Assembly: GCA_964016885.1 (NCBI GenBank)
Contig: OZ024742.1
Coordinates: 332,320,001-332,384,000, forward strand
Direction of reading: 5' to 3'
Length of the DNA stretch: 64,000 nt
From: Eledone cirrhosa
Lineage: Eukaryota
Below the pieces are notes generated by a model. It was given only the letters and a program-made list of their open reading frames with translations, ran no database searches and was not told where the DNA came from. Below, piece by piece: positions 15,001-27,000 of the stretch. Each line of letters starts with the position of its first letter. Position 1 is the stretch's first letter. A program made the position numbers and the translations under genes.

Positions 15001-18000
15001 GTTACTATTGCTGGTGGTGTTGTTGTTACTGTTGCTGGTCCTGTTGTTGTTACTGTTGCTGGTGGTGTTGTTGTTACTGTTGCTGGTGGTGTTGTTGTTA
15101 CTGTTGCTGGTGGTGTTGTTGTTACTGTTGCTGGTGGTGTTGTTGTTACTGTTACTGGTGGTGTTGTTACTGTTGCTGGTGGTGTTGTTGTTATTGTTGC
15201 TGGTGGTGTTGTTGTTACTGTTGCTGGAGGTGGTGTTGTTACTGTTGCTGGTGGTGGTGTTGTTACTGTTGCTGGTGGTGGTGTTGTTATTGTTGGTGGT
15301 GTTGTTGTTACTGTTGCTGGTGGTGTTGTTGTTACTGTTGCTGGAGGTGGTGTTGTTATTGTTGGTGGTGGTGTTGTTACTGTTGCTGGTGGTGTTGTTG
15401 TTACTGTTGCTGGAGGTGGTGTTGTTATTGTTGGTGGTGGTGTTGTTACTGTTGCTGGTGGTGTTGTTGTTACTGTTGCTGGAGGTGGTGTTGTTACTGT
15501 TGCTGGTGGTGGTGTTGTTATTGTTGGTGGTGGTGTTGTTACTGTTGCTGTTGGTGTTGTTGTTATTGTTGCTGGTGGTGTTTTTGTTATTGTTGCTGGT
15601 GGTGTTGTTGTTACTGTTGCTGGTGGTGTTGTTGTTACTGTTGCTGGTGGTGTTGTTGTTACTGTTGCTGGTGGTGTAGTTGTTACTGTTGCTGGTGGTG
15701 TAGTTGTTACTGTTGCTGGTGGTGTTGTTGTTACTGTTGCTGGTGGTGTTGTTGTTACTGTTGCTGGTGGTGTTGTTGTTACTGTTGCTGGTGGTGGTGT
15801 TGTTACTGTTGCTGGTGGTGTTGTTGTTACTGTTGCTGGTGGTGTTGTTGTTACTGTTGCTGGTGGTGTTGTTATTGTTGCTGGTGGTGTTGTTATTGTT
15901 GCTGGTGGTGTTGTTGTTACTGTTGCTGGTGGTGTTGTTGTTACTGTTGCTGGTGGTGTTGTTATTGTTGCTGGTGGTGTTGTTGTTACTGTTGCTGGTG
16001 TTGTTGTTATTGTTGCTGGTGGTGGTGGTGTTACTGTTGCTGGTGTTGTTGTTATTGTTGATGGTGGTGTTGTTGTTACTGTTGCTGGTGGTGTTGTTGT
16101 TACTGTTGCTGGTTGTGTTGTTGTTACTGTTGCTGGTGGTGTTGTTGTTACTGTTGCTGGTGGTGTTGTTATTGTTGATAGTGGTGTTGTTGTTACTGTT
16201 GCTGGTGGTGTTGTTGTTACTGTTGCTGGTGGTGTTGTTGTTACTGTTGCTGGTGGTGTTGTTGTTACTGTTGCTGGTGGTGTTGTTGTTACTGTTGCTG
16301 GTGGTGTTGTTACTGTTGTTGGTGGTGTTGTTGTTACTGTTGTTGGTGTTGGTGTTGTTACTGTTGTTGGTGGTGGTGTTGTTACTGTTGTGGTGGTGTT
16401 ATTGTTACTGTTGCTGGTGGTGTTGTTGTTACTGTTGGTGGTGGTGTTGTTGTTACTGTTGGTGGTGGTGTTGTTGTTATTGTTGCTGGTGGTGTTGTTG
16501 TTATTGTTGCTGTTGGTGGTGTTGTTACTGTAACTGGTGTTGTTGTTGTTACTGTTGCTGGTGGTGTTGTTGTTATTGTTGCTGTTGGTGGTGTTGTTAC
16601 TGTTACTGGTGTTGTTGTTGTTACTGTTGCTGGTGGTGTTGTTGTTACTGTTACTGGTGGTGTTGTTGTTACTGTTGCTGGTGGTGTTGTTGTTACTGTT
16701 GCTGGTGGTGTTGTTGTTATTGTTGCTGGTGGTGTTGTTGTTACTGTTGCTGGTGGTGTTGTTGTTACTGTTGCTGTTGGTGGTGTTGTTACTGTTGCTG
16801 GTGCTGTTATTGTTATTGTTGCTGGTGGTGTAGTTGTTACTGTTGCTGGTGGTGTTGTTGTTACTGTTGCTGGTGGTGTTGTTGTTACTGTTGCTGCTGG
16901 TGTTTTTGTTACTGTTGTTGGTGGTGTTATTGTTATTGTTGCTGGTGGCGTTGTTGTTACTGTTGGTGGTGGTGTTGTTGTTACTGTTGCTGGTGGTGTT
17001 GTTGTTACTGTTGCTGGTGGTGTTGTTGTTACTGTTGCTGGTGGTGTAGTTATTACTGTTGTGGTGGTGGTGTTGTTACTGTTGGTGGTGGTGTAGTTGT
17101 TACTGTTGTGGTGGTGTTGTTACTGTTGCTGGTGCTGTTGTTGTTACTGTTGCTGGTGGTGTTTTTGTTACTGTTGTTGGTGGTGTTATTGTTATTGTTG
17201 CTGGATGACGTTGTTGTTACTGTTGGTGGTGGTGTTGTTGTTACTGTTGCTGGTGGTGTTGTTGTTATTGTTGCTGGTGCTGTTGTTGTTACTGTTGCTG
17301 GTGGTGTAGTTGTTACTGTTGCTGGTGGTGTTGTTGTTACTGTTGCTGGAGGTGTTGTTGTTACTGTTACTGGTGGTGTTGTTGTTATTGTTGGTGGTGG
17401 TGTTGTTACTGTTGCTGGTGGTGTTGTTGTTACTGTTGCTGGTCCTGTTGTTGTTACTGTTGCTGGTGGTGTTGTTGTTACTGTTGCTGGTGGTGTTGTT
17501 GTTACTGTTGCTGGTGGTGTTGTTGTTACTGTTGCTGGTGGTGTTGTTGTTACTGTTACTGGTGGTGTTGTTACTGTTGCTGGTGGTGTTGTTGTTATTG
17601 TTGCTGGTGGTGTTGTTGTTACTGTTGCTGGAGGTGGTGTTGTTACTGTTGCTGGTGGTGGTGTTGTTACTGTTGCTGGTGGTGGTGTTGTTATTGTTGG
17701 TGGTGTTGTTGTTACTGTTGCTGGTGGTGTTGTTGTTACTGTTGCTGGAGGTGGTGTTGTTATTGTTGGTGGTGGTGTTGTTACTGTTGCTGGTGGTGTT
17801 GTTGTTACTGTTGCTGGAGGTGGTGTTGTTATTGTTGGTGGTGGTGTTGTTACTGTTGCTGGTGGTGTTGTTGTTACTGTTGCTGGAGGTGGTGTTGTTA
17901 CTGTTGCTGGTGGTGGTGTTGTTATTGTTGGTGGTGGTGTTGTTACTGTTGCTGTTGGTGTTGTTGTTATTGTTGCTGGTGGTGTTTTTGTTATTGTTGC

Positions 18001-21000
18001 TGGTTGTGTTGTTGTTACTGTTGCTGGTGGTGTTGTTGTTACTGTTGCTGGTGGTGTTGTTGTTACTGTTGCTGGTGGTGTAGTTGTTACTGTTGCTGGT
18101 GGTGTAGTTGTTACTGTTGCTGGTGGTGTTGTTGTTACTGTTGCTGGTGGTGTTGTTGTTACTGTTGCTGGTGGTGTTGTTGTTACTGTTGCTGGTGGTG
18201 GTGTTGTTACTGTTGCTGGTGGTGTTGTTGTTACTGTTGCTGGTGGTGTTGTTACTGTTGCTGGTGGTGTTGTTGTTACTGTTGGTGGTGGTGTTGTTGT
18301 TACTGTTGCTGGTGGTGTTGTTGTTACTGTTGCTGGTGGTGTTGTTGTTATTGTTGCTGGTGGTGTTGTTGTTATTGTTGCTGGTGGTGTTGTTGTTATT
18401 GTTGCTGGTGGTGTTGTTGTTACTGTTGCTGGTGGTGGTGTTGTTACTGTTGCTGGTGGTGTTGTTACTGTTGCTGGTGGTGTTGTTGTTACTGTTGGTC
18501 GTGGTGTTGTTGTTATTGTTGCTGGTGTTGTTGTTCTTACTGTTGCTGGTGGTGTTGTTGTTACTGTTGCTGGTGGTGTTGTTGTTACTGTTGCTGGTGG
18601 TGTTGTTGTTACTGTTGCTGGTGGTGTTGTTATTACTGTTGCTGGTGGTGTTGTTACTGTTGCTGGTGGTGTTGTTGTTACTGTTGCTGGTGGTGTAGTT
18701 GTTACTGTTACTGGTGGTGTTGTTGTTACTGTTGCTGGTGGTGTTGTTGTTACTGTTGCTGGTGTTGTTGTTACTGTTGCTGGTGGTGTAGTTGTTACTG
18801 TTACTGGTGGTGTTGTTGTTACAGTTGCTGGTGGTGTTGTTGTTACTGTTGCTGGTGGTGTTGTTGTTATTGTTGCTGGTGGTGTTGTTGTTACTGTTGC
18901 TGGTGGTGTTGTTACTGTTGCTGGTGGTGTTGTTGTTACTGTTGCTGGTGGTGTTGTTGTTATTGTTGCTGGTGGTGTTGTTGTTACTGTTGCTGGTGGT
19001 GTTGTTACTGTTGCTGGTGGTGTTGTTACTGTTGCTGGTGGTGTTGTTGTTACTGTTGCTGGTGGTGTTGTTGTTACTGTTGCTGGTGGTGTTGTTGTTA
19101 CTGTTGCTGGTGGTGTTGTTGTTACTGTTGCTGGTGGTGTTGTTGTTACTGTTGCTGGTGGTGTTGTTGTTACTGTTGCTGGTGGTGTTGTTGTTACTGT
19201 TGCTGGTGGTGTTGTTACTGTTGTTGGTGGTGTTGTTGTTACTGTTGTTGGTGTTGGTGTTGTTACTGTTGTTGGTGGTGGTGTTGTTACTGTTGTGGTG
19301 GTGTTATTGTTACTGTTGCTGGTGGTGTTGTTGTTACTGTTGGTGGTGGTGTTGTTGTTATTGTTGCTGGTGGTGTTGTTGTTATTGTTGCTGTTGGTGG
19401 TGTTGTTACTGTAACTGGTGTTGTTGTTGTTACTGTTGCTGGTGGTGTTGTTGTTATTGTTGCTGTTGGTGGTGTTGTTACTGTTACTGGTGTTGTTGTT
19501 GTTACTGTTGCTGGTGGTGTTGTTGTTACTGTTACTGGTGGTGTTGTTGTTACTGTTGCTGGTGGTGTTGTTGTTACTGTTGCTGGTGGTGTTGTTGTTA
19601 TTGTTGCTGGTGGTGTTGTTGTTACTGTTGCTGGTGGTGTTGTTGTTACTGTTGCTGTTGGTGGTGTTGTTACTGTTGCTGGTGCTGTTATTGTTATTGT
19701 TGCTGGTGGTGTAGTTGTTACTGTTGCTGGTGGTGTTGTTGTTACTGTTGCTGGTGGTGTTGTTGTTACTGTTGCTGGTGGTGTTTTTGTTACTGTTGTT
19801 GGTGGTGTTATTGTTATTGTTGCTGGTGGCGTTGTTGTTACTGATGGTGGTGGTGTTCTTGTTACTGTTGCTGGTGGTGTTGTTGTTACTGTTGCTGGTG
19901 GTGTTGTTGTTACTGTTGCTGGTGGTGTAGTTGTTACTGTTGTGGTGGTGGTGTTGTTACTGTTGGTGGTGGTGTAGTTGTTACTGTTGTGGTGGTGTTG
20001 TTACTGTTGCTGGTGCTGTTGTTGTTACTGTTGCTGGTGGTGTTTTTGTTACTGTTGTTGGTGGTGTTATTGTTATTGTTGCTGGATGACGTTGTTGTTA
20101 CTGTTGGTGGTGGTGTTGTTGTTACTGTTGCTGGTGGTGTTGTTGTTATTGTTGCTGGTGCTGTTGTTGTTACTGTTGCTGGTGGTGTAGTTGTTACTGT
20201 TGCTGGTGGTGTTGTTGTTACTGTTGCTGGAGGTGTTGTTGTTACTGTTACTGGTGGTGTTGTTGTTATTGTTGGTGGTGGTGTTGTTACTGTTGCTGGT
20301 GGTGTTGTTGTTACTGTTGCTGGTCCTGTTGTTGTTACTGTTGCTGGTGGTGTTGTTGTTACTGTTGCTGGTGGTGTTGTTGTTACTGTTGCTGGTGGTG
20401 TTGTTGTTACTGTTGCTGGTGGTGTTGTTGTTACTGTTACTGGTGGTGTTGTTACTGTTGCTGGTGGTGTTGTTGTTATTGTTGCTGGTGGTGTTGTTGT
20501 TACTGTTGCTGGAGGTGGTGTTGTTACTGTTGCTGGTGGTGGTGTTGTTACTGTTGCTGGTGGTGGTGTTGTTATTGTTGGTGGTGTTGTTGTTACTGTT
20601 GCTGGTGGTGTTGTTGTTACTGTTGCTGGAGGTGGTGTTGTTATTGTTGGTGGTGGTGTTGTTACTGTTGCTGGTGGTGTTGTTGTTACTGTTGCTGGAG
20701 GTGGTGTTGTTATTGTTGGTGGTGGTGTTGTTACTGTTGCTGGTGGTGTTGTTGTTACTGTTGCTGGAGGTGGTGTTGTTACTGTTGCTGGTGGTGGTGT
20801 TGTTATTGTTGGTGGTGGTGTTGTTACTGTTGCTTTTGGTGTTGTTGTTATTGTTGCTGGTGGTGTTTTTGTTATTGTTGCTGGTGGTGTTGTTGTTACT
20901 GTTGCTGGTGGTGTTGTTGTTACTGTTGCTGGTGGTGTTGTTGTTATTGTTGCTGGTGGTGTTGTTGTTATTGTTGCTGGTGGTGTTGTTGTTACTGTTG

Positions 21001-24000
21001 CTGGTGGTGTAGTTGTTACTGTTGCTGGTGGTGTAGTTGTTACTGTTGCTGGTGGTGTTGTTGTTACTGTTGCTGGTGGTGTTGTTGTTACTGTTGCTGG
21101 TGGTGTTGTTGTTACTGTTGCTGGTGGTGGTGTTGTTACTGTTGCTGGTGGTGTTGTTGTTACTGTTGCTGGTGGTGTTGTTACTGTTGCTGGTGGTGTT
21201 GTTGTTACTGTTGGTGGTGGTGTTGTTGTTACTGTTGCTGGTGGTGTTGTTGTTACTGTTGCTGGTGGTGTTGTTGTTATTGTTGCTGGTGGTGTTGTTG
21301 TTATTGTTGCTGGTGGTGTTGTTGTTATTGTTGCTGGTGGTGTTGTTGTTACTGTTGCTTGGTGGTGGTGTTGTTACTGTTGCTGGTGGTGTTGTTACTG
21401 TTGCTGGTGGTGTTGTTGTTACTGTTGGTCGTGGTGTTGTTGTTACTGTTGGTGGTGGTGTTGTTGTTACTGTTGCTGGTGGTGTTGTTGTTACTGTTGC
21501 TGGTGGTGTTGTTATTACTGTTGCTGGTGGTGTTGTTACTGTTGCTGGTGGTGTTGTTGTTACTGTTGCTGGTGGTGTTGTTACTCTTGCTGGTGGTGTT
21601 GTTGTTACTGTTGCTGGTTGTGTTGTTACTGTTGCTGGTGGTGTTGTTGTTACCGTTGCTGGTGGTGTTGTTGTTATTGTTGCTGGTGTTGTTGTTCTTA
21701 CTGTTGCTGGTGGTGTTGTTGTTACTGTTGCTGGTGGTGTTGTTGTTACTGTTGCTGGTGGTGTTGTTGTTACTGTTGCTGGTGGTGTTGTTATTACTGT
21801 TGCTGGTGGTGTTGTTACTGTTGCTGGTGGTGTTGTTGTTACTGTTGCTGGTGGTGTTGTTGTTACTGTTGCTGGTGGTGTAGTTGTTACTGTTACTGGT
21901 GGTGTTGTTGTTACTGTTGCTGGTGGTGTTGTTGTTACTGTTGCTGGTGTTGTTGTTACTGTTGCTGGTGGTGTAGTTGTTACTGTTACTGGTGGTGTTG
22001 TTGTTACTGTTGCTGGTGGTGTTGTTGTTACTGTTGCTGGTGGTGTTGTTGTTATTGTTGCTGGTGGTGTTGTTGTTACTGTTGCTGGTGGTGTTGTTGT
22101 TACTGTTGCTGGTGGTGTTGTTGTTATTGTTGCTGGTGGTGTTGTTGTTACTGTTGCTGGTGGTGTTGTTATTGTTGCTGGTGGTGGTGTTGTTACTGTT
22201 GCTGGTGGTGTTGTTGTTACTGTTGGTGGTGTTGTTGTTGTTACTGTTGCTGGTGGTGTTGTTGTTACTGTTGCTGGTGGTGTTGTTATTGTTGCTGGTG
22301 GTGTTGTTATTGTTGCTGGTGGTGTTGTTATTGTTGCTGGTGGTGTTGTTGTTACTGTTGCTGGTGGTGTTGTTGTTGTTGCTGGTGGTGTTGTTGTTAC
22401 TGTTGCTGGTGTTGTTGTTATTGTTGCTGGTGGTGGTGGTGTTACTGTTGCTGGTGTTGTTGTTATTGTTGATGGTGGTGTTGTTGTTACTGTTGCTGGT
22501 GGTGTTGTTGTTACTGTTGCTGGTTGTGTTGTTGTTACTGTTGCTGGTGGTGTTGTTGTTACTGTTGCTGGTGGTGTTGTTATTGTTGATAGTGGTGTTG
22601 TTGTTACTGTTGCTGGTGGTGTTGTTGTTACTGTTGCTGGTGGTGTTGTTGTTACTGTTGCTGGTGGTGTTGTTGTTACTGTTGCTGGTGGTGTTGTTGT
22701 TACTGTTGCTGGTGGTGTTGTTACTGTTGTTGGTGGTGTTGTTGTTACTGTTGTTGGTGTTGGTGTTGTTACTGTTGTTGGTGGTGGTGTTGTTACTGTT
22801 GTGGTGGTGTTATTGTTACTGTTGCTGGTGGTGTTGTTGTTACTGTTGGTGGTGGTGTTGTTGTTATTGTTGCTGGTGGTGTTGTTGTTATTGTTGCTGT
22901 TGGTGGTGTTGTTACTGTAACTGGTGTTGTTGTTGTTACTGTTGCTGGTGGTGTTGTTGTTACTGTTGCTGTTGGTGGTGTTGTTACTGTTACTGGTGTT
23001 GTTGTTGTTACTGTTGCTGGTGGTGTTGTTGTTACTGTTACTGGTGGTGTTGTTGTTACTGTTGCTGGTGGTGTTGTTGTTACTGTTACTGGTGGTGTTG
23101 TTGTTACTGTTGCTGGTGGTGTTGTTGTTACTGTTGCTGGTGGTGTTGTTGTTATTGTTGCTGGTGGTGTTGTTGTTACTGTTGCTGGTGGTGTTGTTGT
23201 TACTGTTGCTGTTGGTGGTGTTGTTACTGTTGCTGGTGCTGTTATTGTTATTGTTGCTGGTGGTGTAGTTGTTACTGTTGCTGGTGGTGTTGTTGTTACT
23301 GTTGCTGGTGGTGTTGTTGTTACTGTTGCTGGTGGTGTTTTTGTTACTGTTGTTGGTGGTGTTATTGTTATTGTTGCTGGTGGCGTTGTTGTTACTGTTG
23401 GTGGTGGTGTTGTTGTTACTGTTGCTGGTGGTGTTGTTGTTACTGTTGCTGGTGGTGTTGTTGTTACTGTTGCTGGTGGTGTAGTTGTTACTGTTGTGGT
23501 GGTGGTGTTGTTACTGTTGGTGGTGGTGTAGTTGTTACTGTTGTGGTGGTGTTGTTACTGTTGCTGGTGCTGTTGTTGTTACTGTTGCTGGTGGTGTTTT
23601 TGTTACTGTTGTTGGTGGTGTTATTGTTATTGTTGCTGGATGACGTTGTTGTTACTGTTGGTGGTGGTGTTGTTGTTACTGTTGCTGGTGGTGTTGTTGT
23701 TATTGTTGCTGGTGCTGTTGTTGTTACTGTTGCTGGTGGTGTAGTTGTTACTGTTGCTGGTGGTGTTGTTGTTACTGTTGCTGGAGGTGTTGTTGTTACT
23801 GTTACTGGTGGTGTTGTTGTTATTGTTGGTGGTGGTGTTGTTACTATTGCTGGTGGTGTTGTTGTTACTGTTGCTGGTCCTGTTGTTGTTACTGTTGCTG
23901 GTGGTGTTGTTGTTACTGTTGCTGGTGGTGTTGTTGTTACTGTTGCTGGTGGTGTTGTTGTTACTGTTGCTGGTGGTGTTGTTGTTACTGTTACTGGTGG

Positions 24001-27000
24001 TGTTGTTACTGTTGCTGGTGGTGTTGTTGTTATTGTTGCTGGTGGTGTTGTTGTTACTGTTGCTGGAGGTGGTGTTGTTACTGTTGCTGGTGGTGGTGTT
24101 GTTACTGTTGCTGGTGGTGGTGTTGTTATTGTTGGTGGTGTTGTTGTTACTGTTGCTGGTGGTGTTGTTGTTACTGTTGCTGGAGGTGGTGTTGTTATTG
24201 TTGGTGGTGGTGTTGTTACTGTTGCTGGTGGTGTTGTTGTTACTGTTGCTGGAGGTGGTGTTGTTATTGTTGGTGGTGGTGTTGTTACTGTTGCTGGTGG
24301 TGTTGTTGTTACTGTTGCTGGAGGTGGTGTTGTTACTGTTGCTGGTGGTGGTGTTGTTATTGTTGGTGGTGGTGTTGTTACTGTTGCTGTTGGTGTTGTT
24401 GTTATTGTTGCTGGTGGTGTTTTTGTTATTGTTGCTGGTGGTGTTGATGTTACTGTTGCTGGTGGTGTTGTTGTTACTGTTGCTGGTGGTGTTGTTGTTA
24501 CTGTTGCTGGTGGTGTAGTTGTTACTGTTGCTGGTGGTGTAGTTGTTACTGTTGCTGGTGGTGTTGTTGTTACTGTTGCTGGTGGTGTTGTTGTTACTGT
24601 TGCTGGTGGTGTTGTTGTTACTGTTGCTGGTGGTGGTGTTGTTACTGTTGCTGGTGGTGTTGTTGTTACTGTTGCTGGTGGTGTTGTTGTTACTGTTGCT
24701 GGTGGTGTTGTTATTGTTGCTGGTGGTGTTGTTATTGTTGCTGGTGGTGTTGTTGTTACTGTTGCTGGTGGTGTTGTTGTTACTGTTGCTGGTGGTGTTG
24801 TTATTGTTGCTGGTGGTGTTGTTGTTACTGTTGCTGGTGTTGTTGTTATTGTTGCTGGTGGTGGTGGTGTTACTGTTGCTGGTGTTGTTGTTATTGTTGA
24901 TGGTGGTGTTGTTGTTACTGTTGCTGGTGGTGTTGTTGTTACTGTTGCTGGTGGTGTTGTTGTTACTGTTGCTGGTGGTGTTGTTATTGTTGATAGTGGT
25001 GTTGTTGTTACTGTTGCTGGTGGTGTTGTTGTTACTGTTGCTGGTGGTGTTGTTGTTACTGTTGCTGGTGGTGTTGTTGTTACTGTTGCTGGTGGTGTTG
25101 TTGTTACTGTTGCTGGTGGTGTTGTTACTGTTGTTGGTGGTGTTGTTGTTACTGTTGTTGGTGTTGGTGTTGTTACTGTTGTTGGTGGTGGTGTTGTTAC
25201 TGTTGTGGTGGTGTTATTGTTACTGTTGCTGGTGGTGTTGTTGTTAGTGTTGGTGGTGGTGTTGTTGTTATTGTTGCTGGTGGTGTTGTTGTTATTGTTG
25301 CTGTTGGTGGTGTTGTTACTGTAACTGGTGTTGTTGTTGTTACTGTTGCTGGTGGTGTTGTTGTTATTGTTGCTGTTGGTGGTGTTGTTACTGTTACTGG
25401 TGTTGTTGTTGTTACTGTTGCTGGTGGTGTTGTTGTTACTGTTACTGGTGGTGTTGTTGTTACTGTTGCTGGTGGTGTTGTTGTTACTGTTGCTGGTGGT
25501 GTTGTTGTTATTGTTGCTGGTGGTGTTGTTGTTACTGTTGCTGGTGGTGTTGTTGTTACTGTTGCTGTTGGTGGTGTTGTTACTGTTGTTGGTGCTGTTA
25601 TTGTTATTGTTGCTGGTGGTGTAGTTGTTACTGTTGCTGGTGGTGTTGTTGTTACTGTTGCTGGTGGTGTTGTTGTTACTGTTGCTGGTGGTGTTTTTGT
25701 TACTGTTGTTGGTGGTGTTATTGTTATTGTTGCTGGTGGCGTTGTTGTTACTGTTGGTGGTGGTGTTGTTGTTACTGTTGCTGGTGGTGTTGTTGTTACT
25801 GTTGCTGGTGGTGTTGTTGTTACTGTTGCTGGTGGTGTAGTTATTACTGTTGTGGTGGTGGTGTTGTTACTGTTGGTGGTGGTGTAGTTGTTACTGTTGT
25901 GGTGGTGTTGTTACTGTTGCTGGTGCTGTTGTTGTTACTGTTGCTGGTGGTGTTTTTGTTACTGTTGTTGGTGGTGTTATTGTTATTGTTGCTGGATGAC
26001 GTTGTTGTTACTGTTGGTGGTGGTGTTGTTGTTACTGTTGCTGGTGGTGTTGTTGTTATTGTTGCTGGTGCTGTTGTTGTTACTGTTGCTGGTGGTGTAG
26101 TTGTTACTGTTGCTGGTGGTGTTGTTGTTACTGTTGCTGGAGGTGTTGTTGTTACTGTTACTGGTGGTGTTGTTGTTATTGTTGGTGGTGGTGTTGTTAC
26201 TGTTGCTGGTGGTGTTGTTGTTACTGTTGCTGGTCCTGTTGTTGTTACTGTTGCTGGTGGTGTTGTTGTTACTGTTGCTGGTGGTGTTGTTGTTACTGTT
26301 GCTGGTGGTGTTGTTGTTACTGTTGCTGGTGGTGTTGTTGTTACTGTTACTGGTGGTGTTGTTACTGTTGCTGGTGGTGTTGTTGTTATTGTTGCTGGTG
26401 GTGTTGTTGTTACTGTTGCTGGAGGTGGTGTTGTTACTGTTGCTGGTGGTGGTGTTGTTACTGTTGCTGGTGGTGGTGTTGTTATTGTTGGTGGTGTTGT
26501 TGTTACTGTTGCTGGTGGTGTTGTTGTTACTGTTGCTGGAGGTGGTGTTGTTATTGTTGGTGGTGGTGTTGTTACTGTTGCTGGTGGTGTTGTTGTTACT
26601 GTTGCTGGAGGTGGTGTTGTTATTGTTGGTGGTGGTGTTGTTACTGTTGCTGGTGGTGTTGTTGTTACTGTTGCTGGAGGTGGTGTTGTTACTGTTGCTG
26701 GTGGTGGTGTTGTTATTGTTGGTGGTGGTGTTGTTACTGTTGCTGTTGGTGTTGTTGTTATTGTTGCTGGTGGTGTTTTTGTTATTGTTGCTGGTTGTGT
26801 TGTTGTTACTGTTGCTGGTGGTGTTGTTGTTACTGTTGCTGGTGGTGTTGTTGTTACTGTTGCTGGTGGTGTAGTTGTTACTGTTGCTGGTGGTGTAGTT
26901 GTTACTGTTGCTGGTGGTGTTGTTGTTACTGTTGCTGGTGGTGTTGTTGTTACTGTTGCTGGTGGTGTTGTTGTTACTGTTGCTGGTGGTGGTGTTGTTA

